Shown here in pieces: positions 57,229 to 64,000 of a stretch of DNA of 64,000 nt. How positions within the stretch are numbered: the stretch's first letter is position 1; the number at the start of each line of letters is the position of its first letter. This DNA comes from Candidatus Latescibacterota bacterium (GTDB taxonomy: Bacteria; Latescibacterota; UBA2968; UBA8231). Below the pieces are notes generated by a model. That model had not been told where the DNA came from. It ran no database searches and saw only the letters and a program-made list of their open reading frames with translations. Position numbers and translations under genes: made by a program. The DNA lies in contig OZ241867.1 in NCBI GenBank assembly GCA_965203175.1, positions 1,792,001 through 1,856,000 of the forward strand, written 5' to 3'.

Positions 57229-58212
57229 TTGACACCTATAAATCGAATGGAACCTACGAAAGCCGTGGGCAATGTGCGGCCGCTCAAAGGTTGGCGACTA
57301 GCTTTTCTGCGCTGGTTTAAAGGCGATGACGCCGTTGCCTCCGCGGTCGCCGAAGACGATCAGCAGATCGATTGGGTGCGCATGCTGCCCTTTGCGGCGC
57401 TGCACTTGAGTTGCCTCGGGGTCTTATGGGTCGGCTGGAGTCCCCTAGCCGTGGGCGTGGCCGTCGCGTCCTACTGGGTGCGGATGTTCGCCATAACTGG
57501 GTTTTACCACCGCTATTTTTCGCACCGCACGTTCAAGACCTCGCGGCCCGTACAGTTCCTCTTTGCCGTGCTGGGCAATACGGCCGTGCAGCGGGGGCCA
57601 TTGTGGTGGGCCGGGCACCACCGCCACCACCATCGCCACTCCGATGTCGCCAGCGATGTGCATTCGCCCAAAGAGCACGGTTTTTGGTGGAGCCACGTAC
57701 TGTGGATCACCTCGCGGTCGAATTTCCCCACCCGTCTGTACAATGTGCGCGACCTAGCCCGTTTCCCCGAACTGCGCTTTCTCGACCGCTTCGACATCAT
57801 CGTGCCCGTTTTGCTAGCGGCGGCGATGTACGCCTTGGGGGAGTATTGCAGCCGCCGCTTTCCCGCGTTGGAGACCAGCGGCTGGCAGATGCTCGTCTGG
57901 GGCTTCTCCATCTCCACCATCGTCCTGTTTCACGGCACCTGTACCATCAACTCGCTCTCCCATCTTTTTGGTCGCCGCCGCTTTGCCACCCAAGACCACA
58001 GCCGCAATAATATCTGGCTGGCGCTTATCACCATGGGCGAGGGCTGGCACAACCACCACCACTATTATCCGGGGGCGGTGCGTCAGGGTTTTTACTGGTG
58101 GGAGTTCGATCCGACCTATTACTTGCTCAAAGTGCTGTCTTGGATCGGTCTGGTGCGCGATCTCAGGCCAGTGCCCGAGCGGGTTTACGACCGAGCCGTC
58201 AGCGGGCCATGA
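57229..58212 (+). CDS. Acyl-CoA (delta-9-type) fatty acid desaturase
   Basis: His boxes HRYFSH, HRHHH, HNHHH; start may be ATG 57247. Confidence 0.93.
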   Translation: MTPINRMEPTKAVGNVRPLKGWRLAFLRWFKGDDAVASAVAEDDQQIDWVRMLPFAALHLSCLGVLWVGWSPLAVGVAVASYWVRMFAITGFYHRYFSHRTFKTSRPVQFLFAVLGNTAVQRGPLWWAGHHRHHHRHSDVASDVHSPKEHGFWWSHVLWITSRSNFPTRLYNVRDLARFPELRFLDRFDIIVPVLLAAAMYALGEYCSRRFPALETSGWQMLVWGFSISTIVLFHGTCTINSLSHLFGRRRFATQDHSRNNIWLALITMGEGWHNHHHYYPGAVRQGFYWWEFDPTYYLLKVLSWIGLVRDLRPVPERVYDRAVSGP

Positions 58213-59471
58213 AGCCGACGCAGGGTCGGCGCATCGCCGTGGTGGGAGGCGGTATTTCCGGCTTGGTGGCGGCCTATCTGCTGCACCCAGATTACCACGT
58301 CACGCTGTTTGAAGCCAACGATTATATCGGCGGGCATACCCATACCTTGGAAGTTGAGCAGGAAGGGCGCCCCTATGCGGTGGATACGGGCTTTATCGTC
58401 TTCAACGAACCCAATTACCCGCAGTTCAATCGCCTGTTGCAGCATTTGGGGGTGGCTTCCCAGCCGACCCAAATGAGTTTCAGCGTCAAGTGCGGTCGCA
58501 CCGGCCTGGAATACGCCAGCACGTCGCTGAGCAGTCTGCTGGCCCAGCGGCGCAACGCGCTGCGGCCGTCGTTCTACCGCATGTTGGCCGACATCCTGCG
58601 CTTCAACCGCACAGCACCGGAATTATTGCGCGATCCCCATGACGCGACGACCCTCGGGGACTATTTAGCCGACACCGGCTACTCCGAGGCTTTTGTCCGA
58701 CACCACATCATCCCATTGGGATCGGCGCTGTGGTCGGCCTTGCCCGACCGCATGTACGAGTTTCCGGCGCGCTACTTCGTCCAGTTTTTTGCCAACCACG
58801 CCTTTTTACAAGTGCGCGGGCGGACGCCTTGGCGCGTCATCAAAGGAGGCTCGCAGCGCTACGTCGAGGCGCTGATCCGCCCCTTTAGCGAGCGCATCCG
58901 CGTCAATTGCCCCGTGGCTTCCGTGCGGCGTTTGCATCAAGGCGTGGAAGTATGCACCCAAGCCGGAGAGTCCGATCACTTCGACGAGGTCATCTTGGCC
59001 GTACACAGCGACCAAGCGCTGCGGCTATTGGCCGATCCTACCCCGGCCGAGCGCCAGGTTCTAGGAGCCATGCGATATCAAGCCAACGATGTTGCTCTGC
59101 ACACCGACGCGTCCGTGCTGCCCAAGCGCCAGCGCGCTTGGGCTAGCTGGAATTACTACATCCCGCCCGACAAGGGATGCCCCGCTACCGTCACCTACAA
59201 TATGAACATCCTCCAAAGCCTGGAGAGTCGCCGACCCTTCTGCGTCAGCCTCAATCGCACTGCCGACATTGCTCCAGAGCGGCTCATCGCCCGCATGACC
59301 TATCACCATCCGGTCTATTCGCCAGCCTCAGTAGCCGCGCAAAAGCAGCGGTCGCGCATTGATGGGGTCGATCGCATCCACTACTGCGGGGCTTATTGGG
59401 GTTTTGGTTTTCGCGAGGACGGGGTCGTCAGCGCCTTGGAAGTGGCGCGGCGCTTTGGCAAGACACTGTGA
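58209..59471 (+). CDS. FAD-dependent oxidoreductase (UfaD/RSP1091-like)
   Basis: IAVVGGGISGL, IGGHTHT, VDTGFIVFN, AWASWNY; ATGA coupling. Confidence 0.9.
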   Translation: MKPTQGRRIAVVGGGISGLVAAYLLHPDYHVTLFEANDYIGGHTHTLEVEQEGRPYAVDTGFIVFNEPNYPQFNRLLQHLGVASQPTQMSFSVKCGRTGLEYASTSLSSLLAQRRNALRPSFYRMLADILRFNRTAPELLRDPHDATTLGDYLADTGYSEAFVRHHIIPLGSALWSALPDRMYEFPARYFVQFFANHAFLQVRGRTPWRVIKGGSQRYVEALIRPFSERIRVNCPVASVRRLHQGVEVCTQAGESDHFDEVILAVHSDQALRLLADPTPAERQVLGAMRYQANDVALHTDASVLPKRQRAWASWNYYIPPDKGCPATVTYNMNILQSLESRRPFCVSLNRTADIAPERLIARMTYHHPVYSPASVAAQKQRSRIDGVDRIHYCGAYWGFGFREDGVVSALEVARRFGKTL

Positions 59472-60259
59472 GCTGCCATAGCTGCATATATGAAGGACGA
59501 GTGCGGCATCGCCGCTTTGCGCCGGTGGCCCACGCCTTTGAGTACCGAATCTTTATGATGTACCTCGATCTAGCCGAACTGCCCAACGTGTTCAACGGGC
59601 GTTGGCTGTGGTCGTCGGAGCGGCCCAACGTCGCCTATTTCCGCCGCGCCGACCACTTGGGCGCGCCGCAACATCCCCTAGCGGATTGCGTGCGGCAATT
59701 GGTCAAAGACCAGAGCGGACGCTATCCCGACGGGCCGATTCGCCTGCTAACTCATCTGCGCTACGGCGGGTACGGCTTCAACCCGGTCAGCTTTTACTAC
59801 TGCTTCGACCGAGCCGATAGGCGCGTCGAGACGGTGGTGGGAGAGGTAAATAATACCCCTTGGGGCGAACAGCACTGCTACGTCCTGCACTCAGGTCTCG
59901 ACTGCGGCCGTGGAGCGCACAAGTGCTACCAATTCTCCAAGGCTTTCCACGTTTCGCCTTTCATGGCCATGCAGCAGGCATACACGTGGCGCTTTACGAC
60001 GCCGAGGCACACGCCGGCAGTGCATATGGACAATTGGCAGGATGGCAGCCATTTATTCGACGCGACCTTGGTGCTGCGGCGGCGGGAAATATGCGCGGCA
60101 GCGCTGGCGCGGGTACTAGTGCAGTATCCGCTGATAACGACAAAAGTCATTGGTGCCATTCACTGGCAGGCACTAAAACTGTGGCTCAAGCGCTGTCCGT
60201 TCTACCCGCATCCAAAGGAAAAAGACTATGTCGCAAGTGGCTCTCTCCCCCGCAGTTAA
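59468..60259 (+). CDS. DUF1365 protein (UfaO/RSP1090-like)
   Basis: VRHRRF, FNPVSFYYC, EVNNTPW, KAFHVSPF, IHWQALKLW; GTG start overlapping the upstream stop. Confidence 0.92.
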   Translation: MSCHSCIYEGRVRHRRFAPVAHAFEYRIFMMYLDLAELPNVFNGRWLWSSERPNVAYFRRADHLGAPQHPLADCVRQLVKDQSGRYPDGPIRLLTHLRYGGYGFNPVSFYYCFDRADRRVETVVGEVNNTPWGEQHCYVLHSGLDCGRGAHKCYQFSKAFHVSPFMAMQQAYTWRFTTPRHTPAVHMDNWQDGSHLFDATLVLRRREICAAALARVLVQYPLITTKVIGAIHWQALKLWLKRCPFYPHPKEKDYVASGSLPRS

Positions 60260-61514
60260 AAAACGGCCCATCGGCCTCGGCGGCTGGCAGGACCGCTGGG
60301 CGCGGCGATTGGTGTTGGGGCAATTGCAGCGCTTGCAACGCGGGGCGATTTGCCTAGTCGAAGGCGAACAGCATCGCACCTTTGGGCAGGGCGAAGACGG
60401 TCCCGAAGTGGGTTTGCAGGTCAACCATCCTCGGTTCTTCCGCGCCCTGGCCCTCGGGGGCACTATTGGCGCGGCAGAAGCCTACATGCAGGGATGGTGG
60501 AGTTGCGACGACCTGCCGGCTATGTGCCGCTTGGCCGTGGCCAATATAGAGTGGATGCAGCAGCGCGAGCGGGGGTGGGCCCGCTTGGCCGCACCGGTCC
60601 GCATGTTGGGGCATGCCCTCAAACGCAATACGCTCCGGGGCAGTCGGCGTAACATCGCCGCCCACTACGATTTGGGCAACGACTTTTTCCGCCTCTTCCT
60701 CGACGACAACATGATGTATTCCAGCGCCGTATTCCCGCGTTCGGACAGTTCGCTGGAAGAGGCCTCTCGCTACAAAGTGGATCGCATCTGCAAAAAGCTA
60801 GCCCTAGTGCCCGAGGACCACCTGTTGGAGATCGGCACCGGATGGGGCGGTTTCGCCCTGCACGCGGCCCGCGAGTACGGCTGTCGGGTGACCACGGCGA
60901 CCATTTCGCAGCAACAGTGCGAACTAGCTCGTCAACGAGTGCGCGCGGCCGGCTTAGATGGCCGGGTGGAGGTAGTGTTGGCCGACTACCGCGATCTACA
61001 GGGACAGTACGACAAACTGGTCTCCATAGAAATGATCGAAGCCGTGGGACACCACTACTTCGACACCTATTTCGGCTGTTGCTCCCGCCTGCTCAAACCC
61101 GAGGGACTGATGCTATTGCAGGCCATCGTCATCGGCGATTGGGCCTACGAGCGGACGCGCCGGTCGGTCGATTTCATCAAGGCATACATCTTTCCGGGCA
61201 GTTGCATTCCATCGGTGGCGACCATGAGCCGCTCGCTGGCGGCGACCACGGATATGCGTTTGGTGCATCTGGAGGATATTGGTCCGCACTACGCTCGCAC
61301 CTTGCGGGCTTGGCGGGCGCGTTTTTGGGACGCAGAGGAACAAGTGCGTCAGCTAGGCTTTACCGAGGAATTCATTCGCATGTGGGACTTTTATTTTGCT
61401 TACTGCATCGGTGGCTTTGAAGAGCGCTACATATCCGATGTGCAAATGCTCTTGGCCCGTCCGGCCAACCGGCGCTCGGCGCAGTTGTCCGAGATTGGTC
61501 ACGGCGAGGTTTAG
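60228..61514 (+). CDS. cfa: Cyclopropane-fatty-acyl-phospholipid synthase family methyltransferase
   Basis: NIAAHYDLGNDFF, LEIGTGWG, SIEMIEAVG, YIFPG. Confidence 0.9.
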   Translation: MSQVALSPAVKKRPIGLGGWQDRWARRLVLGQLQRLQRGAICLVEGEQHRTFGQGEDGPEVGLQVNHPRFFRALALGGTIGAAEAYMQGWWSCDDLPAMCRLAVANIEWMQQRERGWARLAAPVRMLGHALKRNTLRGSRRNIAAHYDLGNDFFRLFLDDNMMYSSAVFPRSDSSLEEASRYKVDRICKKLALVPEDHLLEIGTGWGGFALHAAREYGCRVTTATISQQQCELARQRVRAAGLDGRVEVVLADYRDLQGQYDKLVSIEMIEAVGHHYFDTYFGCCSRLLKPEGLMLLQAIVIGDWAYERTRRSVDFIKAYIFPGSCIPSVATMSRSLAATTDMRLVHLEDIGPHYARTLRAWRARFWDAEEQVRQLGFTEEFIRMWDFYFAYCIGGFEERYISDVQMLLARPANRRSAQLSEIGHGEV

Positions 61515-61519
61515 GGCCC

Positions 61520-62308
61520 GTGTTGAGCGTATTGGCCTATAGTCTGCCAGTGGCTATGGTGGGTATGGCCGCGCTGTATTGGCTGCAGCGGCGGCGGGGC
61601 GACGCGGGCGTCGTTGACGTGGGCTGGGCCGGTGGCATTGGGCTGGTGGCCGTGGTCGCAGCCTATAGTGGCGACGGCTGGGAGCCGAGGCGGCTCTTGC
61701 TCGGTCTGATGGGCGCGGTTTGGTCCTTTCGCCTGACCGCTTACCTAGTGATTGATCGGCTAATAAGGGCCGAGGAAGAGGACGGTCGCTATCAGATGCT
61801 GCGGGCTCAATGGGGTGCCAAGGCCCAGCGGCGCTTTTTCTCTTTATTCCAAGCGCAGGCCCTGCTGGTGGTTTTATTTGGCCTACCTTTTGTCGCCGTG
61901 GCAGCCAAAGCTCACGCAGGCTGGACCGCTTGGGATGTAACCGGTCTGCTAGTGTGGGTAGTGGCGGTAGTCGGCGAATGGATAGCCGACCGCCAATTGG
62001 CCACCTTCCGCAGCCAAGCCGCTAACCACGGACGCACCTGCGACCGCGGCCTGTGGCGCTATTCGCGCCATCCCAACTATTTTTTTGAATGGATTCACTG
62101 GTGGGCCTACGTGGTCATGGCGGTCGGGTCGGCGAATGGATGGTTGGCTTGGATCGGACCGGTGATGATGTTGTTTCTGCTGTACCGCGTGACTGGTATT
62201 CCCTACACTGAAAAGCGGGCACTAGTCAGTCGCGGCGATAACTACCGCCGCTATCAGCGCACCACCAGTCCCTTTATTCCGTGGTTTCCCCGTAGGGAAA
62301 GACCTTGA
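61520..62308 (+). CDS. DUF1295 membrane protein
   Basis: [31 protein letters not shown]. Confidence 0.92.
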   Translation: MLSVLAYSLPVAMVGMAALYWLQRRRGDAGVVDVGWAGGIGLVAVVAAYSGDGWEPRRLLLGLMGAVWSFRLTAYLVIDRLIRAEEEDGRYQMLRAQWGAKAQRRFFSLFQAQALLVVLFGLPFVAVAAKAHAGWTAWDVTGLLVWVVAVVGEWIADRQLATFRSQAANHGRTCDRGLWRYSRHPNYFFEWIHWWAYVVMAVGSANGWLAWIGPVMMLFLLYRVTGIPYTEKRALVSRGDNYRRYQRTTSPFIPWFPRRERP

Positions 62309-63336
62309 ACGCGATCGATTGGGCCGAGCGGGGTCTGTTGCCGGATGCCCTTATCCGCTGGGGCATCCGCCGCCTCAATCGCGGACGCCTGCGGCAAGAG
62401 CGAGGTGTCGACTGCGAGGCCGAGCAGGCGGCCAAATCTCGCTTCATCGCCTCTATGGACCAGGCACCCATCGCCCTGCATACGCAGAGTGCCAACGAGC
62501 AGCACTACGAGGTGCCGCCCGAGTTTTTCCAACTGGTCCTGGGCCACCATCTCAAGTACAGCGGCTGTTATTTCCCTGCGCAGACGGCCAGTCTGGACCA
62601 AGCCGAAGCGGCCATGCTGGAACTGACCTGTCAGCACGCCGATCTGCAAGACGGCCAGGAGGTGCTGGAATTGGGCTGCGGCTGGGGGTCGCTGACCTTG
62701 TGGATGGCGCGGCATTATCCCGGCAGCCGCATCACTGCGGTGTCCAATTCAACGTTGCAGCGCAACTTTATCGAAGAGCGCTGCAAAGCCTTGAGGCTGG
62801 ACAACGTCGAGGTGATCACCTCGGACATGAACCAATTCGCGGCACCGGGACGCTACGACCGGGTGGTATCGGTGGAGATGTTTGAGCACATGCGCAATTA
62901 CCGCGAGTTAATGCGGCGCATCGCTGGCTGGCTCAAACCGGATGGCTCGCTATTCATCCACATCTTCGTCCATCGCCTCTACGCATACACCTTTGCCGCC
63001 GAAGGTGAAGAAAACTGGATGGGGCGTTATTTTTTTACCGGCGGCATCATGCCCTCCGACGATCTGCTGCACTACTTCCAAGACGACCTAGTCCTAGAGG
63101 CGCAATGGCGGGTCGATGGCCGGCACTACGCCCGCACGGCCGAGCATTGGCTGGCCAATCTCGACGCCCGGCGCTCAGAGGCCCTCGCCATTTTGGAGCA
63201 CCAGTACGGCACCGCCACAAAGCAGCGATGGTTACAGCGCTGGCGTATTTTCTTTATGGCCTGCGCCGAATTGTGGGGCTACAATGGCGGGCAGGAGTGG
63301 TGGGTGTCGCATTATCGTTTTAAACGGAGAGGGTAG
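62305..63336 (+). CDS. Second CFA-like SAM-dependent methyltransferase
   Basis: [44 protein letters not shown]. Confidence 0.92.
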   Translation: MNAIDWAERGLLPDALIRWGIRRLNRGRLRQERGVDCEAEQAAKSRFIASMDQAPIALHTQSANEQHYEVPPEFFQLVLGHHLKYSGCYFPAQTASLDQAEAAMLELTCQHADLQDGQEVLELGCGWGSLTLWMARHYPGSRITAVSNSTLQRNFIEERCKALRLDNVEVITSDMNQFAAPGRYDRVVSVEMFEHMRNYRELMRRIAGWLKPDGSLFIHIFVHRLYAYTFAAEGEENWMGRYFFTGGIMPSDDLLHYFQDDLVLEAQWRVDGRHYARTAEHWLANLDARRSEALAILEHQYGTATKQRWLQRWRIFFMACAELWGYNGGQEWWVSHYRFKRRG

Positions 63337-63404
63337 CGGTAGGACGGGTTTAGGGGTTAAAAGAAAGTGGTGCGTGTCGTATCAGCATTTTAAACGGAGA
63401 GAGA

Positions 63405-64000
63405 ATGGCAATTATTAGGTATTGTATGATGACTCTGTTGGTGGCCATGCCCTTGGCGGCTCAGACCCCGGGAGTTACCCTGAGCGGATTTGTGACCGAC
63501 GCCGACAACGGCGAATCCCTGCCTCTGGCCTCCATTGTCCTGACGCAGATACAGTTGGGCACGGCGAGCAATAGCAGCGGCTACTACGCCGTCAAAGAGG
63601 TCCCAGCGGGGACGTACGAGGTGGTGATTTCGTATATAGGCTACAAAACCTGGCGCGATACTCTAGCGTTCAGCGACCAAGATGTGCGCTTGGATGTGGC
63701 CTTGCAGGTCGAGTCGGTGGATCTAGAGGAAATTGTGATCCAGGCCGAGCGCCGCGAAGAGCTAGAGCAAGCCACCCAGAGCAGTTTTATCGCCCTGCAG
63801 GTCGAGCCGTTGCAGCAAATGCCAGCCATTGGCGAGGCCGATCTGCTCCGCAGCTTGCAACTGCTGCCGGGCATCCAATCGGCGTCGGACATTAGCAGCG
63901 GCCTGTACGTGCGCGGCGGCGGCCCCGACCAGACGGCCATCCTCCTCGACCACATCCCCCTATACAACCCCTCGCACCTCTTCGGCTTCTTCTCGACTTT
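63405..64000 (+). CDS. TonB-dependent receptor (5' part; paralog of 53173-55338; runs off window end)
   Basis: Manual translation MAIIRYCMMTLLVAMPLAAQTPGVTLSGFVTDADNGESL...SGLYVRGGGPDQ...YNPSHLFGFFST. Confidence 0.88.
   Translation, partial: MAIIRYCMMTLLVAMPLAAQTPGVTLSGFVTDADNGESLPLASIVLTQIQLGTASNSSGYYAVKEVPAGTYEVVISYIGYKTWRDTLAFSDQDVRLDVALQVESVDLEEIVIQAERREELEQATQSSFIALQVEPLQQMPAIGEADLLRSLQLLPGIQSASDISSGLYVRGGGPDQTAILLDHIPLYNPSHLFGFFST

Noticed and set aside
1-64000. CRISPR array, tRNA or rRNA genes
   Set aside because: No regularly spaced repeat-spacer series, cloverleaf or rRNA-like sequence was recognised by eye; the repeats found are two-copy pairs

Overview
Bacterial DNA with three zones. 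The gene content (FlgD-type C-terminal domain proteins, several PhyH dioxygenases, a TWGxVK-tailed secreted protein) suggests a Latescibacterota/Gemmatimonadota-like lineage; this is inference. (1) 1-19.1 kb: a dense array of about 30 short, almost all minus-strand genes typical of integron cassettes (GNATs, NUDIX, SRPBCC, GrpB, HAD, toxin-antitoxin genes). It has only decayed attC-like remnants, no integrase in the window, many gene fragments, an IS3 and an Rpn-carrying element with inverted repeats and an 8-bp target duplication. The array contains long (26-156 bp) direct repeats, three pairs of them nested; most duplicate gene ends or junctions as if blocks were inserted with very long target duplications. 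(2) 19.1-27.5 kb: an AT-richer defence-like island. A BglII-like restriction-modification pair is disrupted by two IS5-family elements and is followed by a PIN nuclease / wHTH-like / P-loop ATPase / TGT-like gene set that I cannot match to a named system. (3) 27.5-64 kb: GC-rich backbone with dioxygenases, a PQQ dehydrogenase, an aldo/keto reductase, FlgD-domain proteins, yejAABEF, an LLM monooxygenase, an aminotransferase, TonB-dependent receptors, and a CarH/LitR-type B12 photoreceptor locus with a fatty-acid modification operon. All family assignments come from motif recognition and memory, not database searches.
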